A program made the translations under genes and the position numbers. 48,955 bases of DNA. Origin: an uncultured Spirochaetota bacterium (GTDB taxonomy: Bacteria; Spirochaetota; Brevinematia; Brevinematales; JAOACQ01). The notes beneath the pieces are model-generated. The model had not been told where the DNA came from. It worked only from the letters and a program-made list of their open reading frames with translations, and ran no database searches. Location: contig CAWAOD010000007.1 in the NCBI GenBank assembly GCA_963783575.1, positions 1-48,955 on the forward strand. Direction: 5' to 3'. Positions 9,971 to 18,597 of the stretch are shown here, piece by piece (within the stretch, counting starts at the first letter, position 1; every line of letters starts with the position of its first letter).

Positions 9971-10819
9971 ATGAATCATGAGTTAGTTGCCGAATTGTTT
10001 AGTAAATTTGAAATGGCAAAACAAATTATCGAAGAAACAGAATTTTGGAGTGCAAGAGATTTGCAAGAACACTTAGGATATGCTGAATGGCGAAATTTTT
10101 TTGAAGTAATTGAAAAGGCAAAAATTGCTTGTGCAAAATCAGGTGGTGTCATTAATGACCATTTTGTTGATACTAACAAAATGGTCATGGTGGGAAGCGA
10201 CGCAAAGCGTGAAATTGAAGACATAATTCTTTCACGATTTGCTTGTTATTTAATAGCTCAAAACGGTGATCCCAATAAGAGTGAAATAGCTTTCGCTCAG
10301 ACCTACTTTGCTGTTCAAACCAGGAAACAAGAATTAATAGAACAAAGACTTCGTGACATTGCAAGGGTTCAAGCACGAGAAAAATTGAGCGGATCAGAGA
10401 AAAAACTTTCTGGTATTATATATGAACGAGGAGTCAACGATAAGGGTTTTGCATTAATTCGATCTCAAGGTGACAATGCTCTTTTTGGAGGAAATTCAAC
10501 TCAAGACATGAAAAAGAAATTAGCTGTTCCAGAAGGTCGTCCTCTGGCTGATTTCTTGCCAACACTTACAATCAAAGCAAAAGATTTTGCGACAGAGCTT
10601 ACAAGTCATAATGTCGTTGAAAAAAATCTTCATGGGGAAGTATCTATTTCGAGAGAGCATATTGATAATAATAAAGCGGTTCGAAAAACACTTGGTGACC
10701 GTGGAATCAAACCGGAAAGTTTACCAGCAGCAGAGGATGTAAAAAAACTTTCAAGAAGACTGATAAGTGAAGAAAAAGAATTAATAAAAAACGGAATTAA
10801 AAAATCAAAAAAACAATAA
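9971..10819 (+). CDS. dinD: DNA damage-inducible protein D (Bro-N-like plus DinD domain)
   Basis: EFWSARDLQ..LGY..WRNF, LSRFACYLIAQNGDP.K..IAFAQTYFAVQTRKQE, PLADFLPT, GIKPESLPAAEDVKK. Confidence 0.92.
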   Translation: MNHELVAELFSKFEMAKQIIEETEFWSARDLQEHLGYAEWRNFFEVIEKAKIACAKSGGVINDHFVDTNKMVMVGSDAKREIEDIILSRFACYLIAQNGDPNKSEIAFAQTYFAVQTRKQELIEQRLRDIARVQAREKLSGSEKKLSGIIYERGVNDKGFALIRSQGDNALFGGNSTQDMKKKLAVPEGRPLADFLPTLTIKAKDFATELTSHNVVEKNLHGEVSISREHIDNNKAVRKTLGDRGIKPESLPAAEDVKKLSRRLISEEKELIKNGIKKSKKQ

Positions 10820-10832
10820 TTCGATTAAAACA

Positions 10833-11063
10833 TTAATTATTGTTCCAACGACTTTTTGCCGCTATTTTCGCTATTTCTTTTCGTTTCTTAGCTGTTAGAG
10901 CTTTAGCCCTTGCCTTACCCCCTTTAAGCCCCCCTAATCGCCCCAATTCAACGGCGTGAGGATTCTTTGTGGTTTCGTGTGCCTCTTCAGCTTGCCCGGT
11001 TGCAATGTCAACAATCATTTTTGCTAACTGGTTCTGATCGCGGGGGCGTTTTGGTGTTTTCAT
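10833..11063 (-). CDS. Small basic protein of the KRPRDxNQLAK type, associated with IS1-like elements
   Basis: MKTPKRPRDQNQLAKMIVDIATG...KNPHAVELGRLGGLKGGKARAKAL...RW. Confidence 0.85.
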   Translation of the reverse strand: MKTPKRPRDQNQLAKMIVDIATGQAEEAHETTKNPHAVELGRLGGLKGGKARAKALTAKKRKEIAKIAAKSRWNNN

Positions 11064-11070
11064 ACCCTGA

Positions 11071-11103
11071 AATATAACACAGTGTGCTTATCCGGTCAAG
11101 CAT
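11071..11103 (-). promoter_or_regulatory. Sigma70 promoter/operator of the small basic protein (probably leaderless)
   Basis: TTGACC-N17-TATATT with TGCTT-N8-AAGCA; only 7 nt between the -10 and the ATG. Confidence 0.75.
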
Positions 11104-11234
11104 TAACCGGAAACCCCGCTTTCAAACTGAGACACTACCATTTTTCAGAATAATTAATATTTTTAGGCGTTCCCCTCGGCCGTTTTCCGGCCAAGGGTCG
11201 GCGTGGTTCCAGGCTCTCGCGTTCGCGAGCTGGT

Positions 11235-11334
11235 TTTGATTTCAACTCCACAGAAACTTATGGGTGGGGGTACACTGAAGCTCAAAGTTATAATATCGGT
11301 GCCCACCCCACACCCAATCAGAGGCCTTTAGCTA
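11235..11334 (+). repeat. Dispersed ~100-bp intergenic repeat, copy 1
   Basis: Matches the reverse complement of 41006-41111 (TGGGTGGGGGTACAC.GAAG.TCA...CGGTGCCCACCCC). Confidence 0.75.
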
Positions 11335-11355
11335 AAAAAATTACTTTAAATAGAT

Positions 11356-11380
11356 ATTTCTTTATCATTTCTTTATACTT
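11356..11380 (+). promoter_or_regulatory. Putative KdpE-binding direct repeat
   Basis: ATTTCTTTAT twice at an 11-bp period upstream of the kdp operon, like T-rich OmpR-family boxes. Confidence 0.5.
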
Positions 11381-11480
11381 CCCCTCTCATTATTAACAAT
11401 TTCCGTATTTTTTGTGGATTAATTTTTGCTATAGATGATATGAAGGAAATGTCGACAGCTTTTAAGGGAGGTGAGCTATC

Positions 11481-12254
11481 ATGAGTTGGACAACTATGCA
11501 CCAGGCCGTACTCATCAGAGGAGGGAAGATACTCGCGTTTTGCGCAGTTATTCTGGTCACGACCAAGCTCACGCTGGAGTTCGGCGCGATCACCAACTCA
11601 TCAACAGCCGCATTTTTCTTCCTTATTATAGTTCTTATGTCCGCTTTTTTCGGTGATCTCCTTGTGGCCATCATCACCTCTTTGGTGGCCACGCTTTGCT
11701 TCGATTATTTCTATTTGCCGCCAGTCGGGACCATCAACATTTCTTCTTTTTCCGATTGGATTTCACTATTCGCATTTCTGCTTGCCTCCGTGATTATAAG
11801 CCGTCTTACCGCTTCGGCTGCTGAAAACAAAGTAAAAGCATATGTACTGAATAAAACAATGGTGCAGTTAAAGGCATTTGGCGAGAATCTTTTGTCCATA
11901 CCCAAAGACCAGCTAACGCTGTCTGGAATTGCCCAAGCGGCCCTGAACAGCTTCTCGCTGGAATACTGCTCGATTCATGTCTATGGCGAGGGAAAATGGC
12001 AGCATTATTCCGGAAAAGCATTCACTGGAATTTTCCGGATGGTTGAAAAAAAAGTGGACACTTTGCCGCACTATCCGACGGATTTAATGGAACTGGCGGA
12101 CGAGAATATGCTGGGCGTCCAGTACATGCAGATCAAAAAGGGAACGGCAACGCAGGCATTGCTCGTTGTCAAAAGTAAAACGCTGGCCGCCGAGACCCTG
12201 GGGGCCATCGCCAGCATGATCGGCGTACAGTTAAGCATCATCATGAAAGGGTGA
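11481..12254 (+). CDS. DUF4118 (KdpD transmembrane-like) domain protein
   Basis: Four TM helices with ATLCFDYFYLPPVGT..SDWISLFAFL; no kinase domain. Confidence 0.8.
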   Translation: MSWTTMHQAVLIRGGKILAFCAVILVTTKLTLEFGAITNSSTAAFFFLIIVLMSAFFGDLLVAIITSLVATLCFDYFYLPPVGTINISSFSDWISLFAFLLASVIISRLTASAAENKVKAYVLNKTMVQLKAFGENLLSIPKDQLTLSGIAQAALNSFSLEYCSIHVYGEGKWQHYSGKAFTGIFRMVEKKVDTLPHYPTDLMELADENMLGVQYMQIKKGTATQALLVVKSKTLAAETLGAIASMIGVQLSIIMKG

Positions 12255-12265
12255 CAGGGACCATT

Positions 12266-12355
12266 ATGGATTTCGAAACCATACTCTGCGTGGGCGCGGC
12301 AGTGCTGCTCTTTGTCTATTTGATTTACACCATCATCCGTCCTGAAAAATTTTAA
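12266..12355 (+). CDS. kdpF: K+-transporting ATPase subunit F
   Basis: MDFETILCVGAAVLLFVYLIYTIIRPEKF*, with the YL..(R)PEKF signature, directly before kdpA. Confidence 0.9.
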   Translation: MDFETILCVGAAVLLFVYLIYTIIRPEKF

Positions 12356-12367
12356 GGAGGGCGATCC

Positions 12368-14061
12368 GTGCATCAGATGGATTTTTTACAGGTCATTGTT
12401 TATATCGTCGCACTCACGTTTCTGACGCCCGTGCTCGGTGCGTATATGGCGGACGTATTATCGCAGAAGAGAAGTTTTCTTTCACCGCTGCTCACACCTG
12501 CCGAAAATGCGATCTATCGTTTAAGCAGGATAGATCCTGAAGAGGAGATGACCTGGAAACGGTATTGCGTCGCCCTTCTGATTTTCAGCGGGATGGGAAT
12601 GGCGGCCGTGTTTATCTTCCAGCTGGCGCAAAAGATGTTGCCGTTCAATCCGCAGCATCTGCCTGCGGTCCCATGGCACCTTGCCCTGAACACCGCGATA
12701 AGTTTTGTTACCAATACTAACTGGCAGGCCTATGCGGGTGAAACGACCCTTTCCTACCTCACTCAGTTTCTCGGGCTCACTGTCCAGAACTTTGTCAGCG
12801 CGGCAACCGGCATTGCAGTGTTCGCGGCGCTCTGCCGCGGCATCAGCCGCCGTTCGTCCCGGACAATCGGGAATTTCTGGGCCGATCTTGTCCGATCCAC
12901 CGTGTATATCCTGCTTCCGTTATGCCTTGTGTTAGCCGTCATTCTTGTGGGCCAGGGCGTGGTGCAGACTTTTTCTCCTTATGTAACCGCCACCACGATC
13001 GAAGGCCGGCAGCAGACGATCCCGCTCGGCCCGGCCGCTTCCCAGATAGCAATAAAACAGCTGGGCACGAACGGCGGCGGTTTTTTCAACGCGAACAGCG
13101 CGCACCCGTTCGAGAACCCAACGCCGCTGTCAAATTTCCTCGAGATGCTGGCCATCCTGCTCGTTGCTGCGGCCTTGACCTATACTTTCGGCAAAATGGT
13201 CGGTTCTAAAAGACAGGGCTGGATGCTTTTTATCTCGATGCTGACTACTGTTTATCGGCGGCCTTGCGGTTTCCCTTTACGCCGAGCATGCGGACAACCG
13301 TCTGCTCGGCGTTGCCGGTTCACTTGAAGGGAAAGAGACCAGGTTCGGCGATCACGAACAGCGTCATCTGGTCGACCGCGACCACTGCCGCGTCGAACGG
13401 GTCAGTCAATGCCATGCACGAGAGCCTTTCCCCGCTTGCCGCATTGGTCGCCATGTTCAACCTCATGGTCGGCGAAGTGATCTTCGGCGGCGTGGGGTCA
13501 GGCATGTACGGCATGATCGCCTATGTGATTCTGGCGGTCTTCATCGCGGGTCTCATGGTAGGCAGGACCCCGGAATATCTGGGGAAAAAAATCGAATCGT
13601 TCGAAATCAAGATGTCGGTCATCGCGGTGCTCGCCTCCTCGATTGTGGTGCTGTTTTTCGCCGCTCTTGCCTGCATCACACCTGCCGGACTGGCCGGTCT
13701 TTCCGCGAGCGGAACGCACGGCCTTGGCGAGGTGTTGTACGCCTTTGCCTCCACGGCGAACAACAACGGCAGCGCTTTTGCCGGGCTCAATGCCAATACG
13801 CCGTTCTATAATCTCATGACCGGTGCGGCAATGCTTATCGGCCGTTTTTCGGTGATCGTGCCCATGCTCGCCATTGCCGGCCATCTTGCGCAGAAGAAAT
13901 TTACGCCGCCGTCGGCCGGGACTTTCCCGACGGACGGCGCGCTTTTCGTACTTCTGCTCCTCGGTACGATCATCATCATCGGCGCGCTCAACTTTTTCCC
14001 GGTGCTTTCACTGGGGCCGATCATAGAACACCTGTTTTTTATTGCCGGGAAAGGGTTCTGA
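12368..14061 (+). CDS. kdpA: K+-transporting ATPase subunit A (frameshifted near 13250-13345)
   Basis: [53 protein letters not shown]. Confidence 0.95.
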
Positions 14062-14062
14062 T

Positions 14063-16159
14063 ATGCCTGAATCCAGACCTCATGCAAAACCATTCGATGC
14101 CGCCATACTACGGTCCGCGGTGGTTGATTCCTTCCGGAAATGCGACCCGCGTCAACTGATGAAAAACCCGGTCATTTTCGTGGTCGCGGTCGGCGCGCTC
14201 CTTTCGGTTGTTTCCACGGTGCGCGGCATCCATCACGGCGGCCTCTTTTCATTCAACCTGCAGATCTCTCTCTGGCTCGTCTTTACCGTCCTTTTTGCCA
14301 ACTTTGCCGAGGCAATGGCCGAAGGACGCGGCAAGGCGCAGGCGGCCGAGCTGCGGAGGAGCCGCACCAGGACCATGGCCCGCAGAATAATTGACGGACG
14401 CGAAACGACCGTGGCCGCCTCGGAACTGAAGGCCGGGGACACGGTTGTCTGCGAGGCAGGAGATATCATTCCGTCCGACGGCGAGGTGATCGAGGGGATC
14501 GCCAGCGTGGACGAGTCGGCAGTGACCGGTGAATCGGCGCCCGTGATCCGGGAGAGCGGCGGCGACCGCAACGCGGTGGTCGGCGGCACCAAGGTCCTGA
14601 GCGACCGGATCGTCATCAGGGTCACCTCGGAACCCGGGAGCTCGTTTTTAGACCGGATGATCGCGCTCGTTGAAGGCGCGGTGCGCCAGAAAACGCCCAA
14701 CGAGATCGCGCTTTCCATACTTTTGTCAAGCCTGACGCTCGTATTTCTCGTGGTCGTGATGACGCTGCCGGCATTCTCCCGTTATGTCATGCAGTCGACG
14801 AACCAGAGCGGGGCGATTGTCCTGTCGGTCCCCATCCTTGTCGCGCTCCTTGTCTGTCTTATTCCCACGACCATCGGCGGTCTGCTCAGCGCCATCGGCA
14901 TAAGCGGCATGAACCGGCTGCTGCATCACAACGTGCTCGTCGTCAGCGGCAGGGCGATCGAGGCGGCCGGCGACGTGGATGTGCTGCTGTTGGACAAGAC
15001 CGGCACGATCACGATCGGCAACCGCATGGCGACCGAGTTCCTGCCCGGCCCAAGCGTCACGAGCCAGCGGCTCGCCGACGCGGCCCAGCTGGCCTCGCTT
15101 TCCGATGAAACGCCGGAAGGACGTTCCATCGTGGTGCTTGCCAAGAACGAATACAACCTCCGTTCGCGCGACATCATCGACCTGAAGGCGCATTTCATCC
15201 CGTTTTCGGCAAAAACGCGGATGAGCGGCGTCGACATTCCGGACGCCGCGACCGGCAGAGTGCGGTCAATACGCAAAGGCTCTTCCGAAGCGATCCTTCG
15301 TTTCATCCTCGAACACGACGGCACCTATCCGATCGCGATATTCAATATTGTCAATACTGTCGCGCAGCAGGGCGGCACGCCGCTCGTGGTGGCCGAGAAC
15401 AATCTCGCCCTCGGCGTGATCAATTTAAAAGACGTGGTAAAAGGCGGCATCAAAGAGCGGTTCATACATCTGCGCGCAAGCGGCATAAAAACCGTGATGG
15501 TCACCGGCGACAATGCGGTCACGGCCGCGGCCATCGCGGCGGAGGCCGGCGTCGACGACTTTATCGCCGAGGCCACGCCCGAGATGAAGCTTGCCCGCAT
15601 CCGTGAAGAGCAGGCTAAAGGCCATCTGGTGGCGATGATCGGCGACGGCACCAACGACGCTCCGGCGCTTGCGCAGGCCGATGTCGGCGTGGCGATGAAC
15701 ACCGGCACGCAGGCTGCTCGCGAGGCGGGCAACATGGTGGACCTCGACAGCAATCCGACCAAGCTCATCGAGGTCGTTGAAATCGGCAAGCAGCTCCTCA
15801 TGACGCGCGGCGCGCTCACCACGTTCAGCATTGCCAATGACGTGTCAAAGTATTTCGCCATCATTCCGGCCATGTTTTCCGGGCTTTTCGCAAGCGGCGG
15901 GCATCCCGGCCCGCTTGCCGCGCTGAACATCATGCGGCTTTCGTCGCCGGCGAGCGCGATCCTGAGCGCGGTCATATTCAATGCGCTCATCATCGTTTTT
16001 CTTATTCCGCTGGCGCTCAAAGGGGTTTCGTACCGTTCGCTGCCTGCCGCGCAGGTCCTCCGCCGGAATCTGCTCATCTACGGGGTCGGCGGGCTGGTCG
16101 TGCCGTTTGTCGGCATCAAACTGATCGATATGCTGGTTTCAGTACTTCACATTGTGTAA
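14063..16159 (+). CDS. kdpB: K+-transporting P-type ATPase subunit B
   Basis: [34 protein letters not shown]; intact ORF. Confidence 0.97.
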   Translation: MPESRPHAKPFDAAILRSAVVDSFRKCDPRQLMKNPVIFVVAVGALLSVVSTVRGIHHGGLFSFNLQISLWLVFTVLFANFAEAMAEGRGKAQAAELRRSRTRTMARRIIDGRETTVAASELKAGDTVVCEAGDIIPSDGEVIEGIASVDESAVTGESAPVIRESGGDRNAVVGGTKVLSDRIVIRVTSEPGSSFLDRMIALVEGAVRQKTPNEIALSILLSSLTLVFLVVVMTLPAFSRYVMQSTNQSGAIVLSVPILVALLVCLIPTTIGGLLSAIGISGMNRLLHHNVLVVSGRAIEAAGDVDVLLLDKTGTITIGNRMATEFLPGPSVTSQRLADAAQLASLSDETPEGRSIVVLAKNEYNLRSRDIIDLKAHFIPFSAKTRMSGVDIPDAATGRVRSIRKGSSEAILRFILEHDGTYPIAIFNIVNTVAQQGGTPLVVAENNLALGVINLKDVVKGGIKERFIHLRASGIKTVMVTGDNAVTAAAIAAEAGVDDFIAEATPEMKLARIREEQAKGHLVAMIGDGTNDAPALAQADVGVAMNTGTQAAREAGNMVDLDSNPTKLIEVVEIGKQLLMTRGALTTFSIANDVSKYFAIIPAMFSGLFASGGHPGPLAALNIMRLSSPASAILSAVIFNALIIVFLIPLALKGVSYRSLPAAQVLRRNLLIYGVGGLVVPFVGIKLIDMLVSVLHIV

Positions 16160-16169
16160 ATGAATAAAA

Positions 16170-16218
16170 ATCCCCCCATTTCCCCCCTTAAAAAAGGGGG
16201 GGCAAAGGCGGGGGGAAT
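16170..16218. repeat. GC-rich nested-hairpin (REP-like) element between kdpB and kdpC
   Basis: ATCCCCCC-ATTT-CCCCCCTT-AAAA-AAGGGGGGG-CAAAGGC-GGGGGGAAT, same family as 18086-18134. Confidence 0.8.
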
Positions 16219-16229
16219 TGATTCTTGAC

Positions 16230-16808
16230 ATGAAGCAGTTCTGTTCTTTTCGGATATTTATCGTACTCACGCTCCTCACCGGCGTGCTGTATCCGCTTGC
16301 GGTCACCGCCGTGGCCCGGCTTATTTTTCCGTACCGGGCAGGGGGCAGTCTGGTCGTCGTGCATAATAAAATCGTCGGTTCGGAGCTCATCGGCCAGCAG
16401 TTTACCGATAACCGCTATTTCCAGCCCCGTCCGTCGGCCATTGCTTATAACCCTTTGCCTTCGGGCGGCAGCAACTTGAGCTGCACCTCACTTCATCTCC
16501 GGGATTCCGTGGAAACCCGCGGCCGCATGTTCCGATAAAGTCAACCGGCTTTCGCGGCAGACCCAGGTGCCGCCAGACATGCTTTTCGCTTCGGCCAGCG
16601 GCCTTGACCCGGACATCAGCCCGGAGTCGGCGCGGCTGCAAATGCCAGGGTCGCCCGGGAAAGGAAGTTCTCAAAGGCCGAAAGGGCAGCGCTCGCTTTG
16701 CTGGTCGAACATTCCGTAATCTTTCCGCAAATGGGGTTTCTCGGAGAGCCGCGCGTCAACGTGCTCCGGCTCAACGAAACTCTTGACCGATTAAATAAAG
16801 AAAAATAG
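16230..16808 (+). CDS. kdpC: K+-transporting ATPase subunit C (frameshifted)
   Basis: [20 protein letters not shown]...[35 protein letters not shown]. Confidence 0.92.
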
Positions 16809-16859
16809 TGGTACGTTCTTTTGCCGGGGATTATTATATACAGGGAGCGTTAATGCAAC

Positions 16860-17882
16860 TGATCATAGAGTACGATATGATCGAAACAGGCCTTTTGAAG
16901 TAAAAAGTTGGTTTGAATGGTTTATTTATAAGGGTGATGAATGGATTTACGAAAAAGAACATAGATTTCTAATCGGGTTATACAATGCCGACGAATTTTA
17001 TAAGGGTAAGATTGATCAATCCAATCGAATTTATGGTCGAAAACCTCCGAATATTCATTCGAAAGAATATTTTTGCATGTGTAAAATTCCTGAAAGCGCT
17101 CTTCTTTCGGTCTCATTTGGTGCAGAAATGAATAAGGATCAACAGGATAATATATAAATGAAAATTCAAATTCGAATCCTTTATTATCTCATCTTAAAGT
17201 TTTTAAAGTAAATATCCATCCGGATAGATATGAACTTGTTCTTTAATGAAATTCAATCATAACCATTATTTGATATATGGAAAATACTACTGTTGAAATA
17301 GGTATAGAAATTCAACCATCAGCTATTTCGAAATATTTAGAGGTAAATCTAACCGAAACAACGGATACTCCGCTACAAATAATTGATAATTATTTCCGAA
17401 AATGTCTTTATGAACAAGTAATTTGTCGGCTTGGAAGACGAGCTTGTAAGTGAACCTAAAATTAAAGTTCATGAGTTTTTACCACAAAAATAAATGCTTA
17501 AGCCTTAAAGGGTTAGAAAAAGAGGGATATGATAATTGGTATATGGAAATACACACTAAATTGTCAAAAGACTTCCCCCATTCATTTTTTAGATATTAAT
17601 CCTATTGGATTTAAGAAGATCTAAATTACCAAGGCGTTCATGCTGGTGTATATAATTATAGAAAAAAATCTTAAAGACTCAGAGAAATATCCGTACGGTA
17701 TTAAATCGCGTTTTCGTCCCAGCAAGTATTTTTAAGGATATTTCAGAAATCATCCTCTTTAAAAAATATTGGCTTGATGGCTGATCTGAATAAAATAACG
17801 CCAGATAGGCTAAAATTGCTGCCGATCTTTGTAGATAAAGTAACTGGCGATGAATTTTATTGTTCATGCGCAATAGGAGTTG
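16860..17882 (+). pseudogene. Decayed AT-rich foreign coding segment, first part DUF2971-like
   Basis: Strong AT shift; fragment EWFIYKGDEWIYEKEHRF resembles the DUF2971 K-x3-W-x-YE-x-E-x-R motif; many stops. Confidence 0.45.
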
Positions 17883-18135
17883 AAGGGGGGTGCCAAAGGC
17901 ATGAAAAGATGAATGGTACGGATAAACGGATGAAGTATATAGGGTTGTTGAGGAGGTATCCAGTGCAAAATGATCCCCCCGTTTCCCCCCTTGGTAAGGG
18001 GGGCGCCAAAGGCATGAAAAGATGAATGGTACGGATAAACCGATGAAGAACATAGGGTTGTTGAGGAGGTATCCAGTGCAAAGTGATCCCCCCGTTTCCC
18101 CCCTTGGTAAGGGGGGCGCCAAAGGCGGGGGGATT
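17883..18135. repeat. Tandem 113-bp repeat (about 2.2 units) containing REP-like palindromes
   Basis: AAGGGGGG(T/C)GCCAAAGGC at 17883, 17996 and 18109, with near-identical sequence between. Confidence 0.9.
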
Positions 18136-18153
18136 TCTTCACGAAAAACCGCT

Positions 18154-18597
18154 ATGGCGAAAACGCCGCACCGTGTTGTTTTTGACGCGGAAACCCTCAG
18201 GAAACGCGGCCTGATTTGGAACGGCAGGCATCTGCCGTATAATCCGACGCTTGTTGACAATGCAAAAAACATGAGGGCAAACATGACGCCGGCGGAGAAG
18301 AAGCTCTGGTTCGGCTTTCTCCGTACGTTCCCGTTCCGCGTTCTCCGTCAACGTCCCATAGACCACTTTGTCGCGGATTTCTATTGTCCGAAACTCTCAT
18401 TGGTTATAGAGATTGACGGCGGCGGCCATTTGTCGCCATCATCCATAGGGTATGATAAAAATCGCAGTTCTATTCTGGGGGTGTATGGCCTTCGTGTCGA
18501 ACGGTTCACCAACAAGGACATTTTTGATAATTTTGAGGCTGTTTGCAGGAAACTCAGCGCAAAGGGTTCATCTTTTAGGGGATCTATGCAATCATGA
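18154..18597 (+). CDS. DUF559 (Vsr-like PD-(D/E)xK) endonuclease-domain protein
   Basis: LPYNPTL...MRANMTPAEKKLW..LR...RQRPIDHFVADFYCPKLSLVIEIDGGGH...YD..R..L...GLRVERFTN. Confidence 0.9.
   Translation: MAKTPHRVVFDAETLRKRGLIWNGRHLPYNPTLVDNAKNMRANMTPAEKKLWFGFLRTFPFRVLRQRPIDHFVADFYCPKLSLVIEIDGGGHLSPSSIGYDKNRSSILGVYGLRVERFTNKDIFDNFEAVCRKLSAKGSSFRGSMQS

Larger units (their letters stand above)
7975..11139. mobile_element. IS1-family cargo-carrying element, 3165 bp
   Basis: Perfect 18-bp TIRs GGTAGTGTCTCAGTTTGA (7975-7992 and 11122-11139); 8-bp TSD ATTTTTCA (7967-7974 and 11140-11147); IS1-type transposase inside. Confidence 0.95.

Noticed and set aside
14233..16077. Long antisense ORFs over kdpB (and similar ones elsewhere)
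   Set aside because: Shadow ORFs expected from GC-rich codon usage opposite real genes
17883..18135. CRISPR array
   Set aside because: The sequences between the palindromes are near-identical rather than unique spacers, the period is 113 bp, and no cas genes are present
17679..18284. 201-aa minus-strand ORF
   Set aside because: It is a translation of the tandem repeat and the antisense of DUF559, with no independent support
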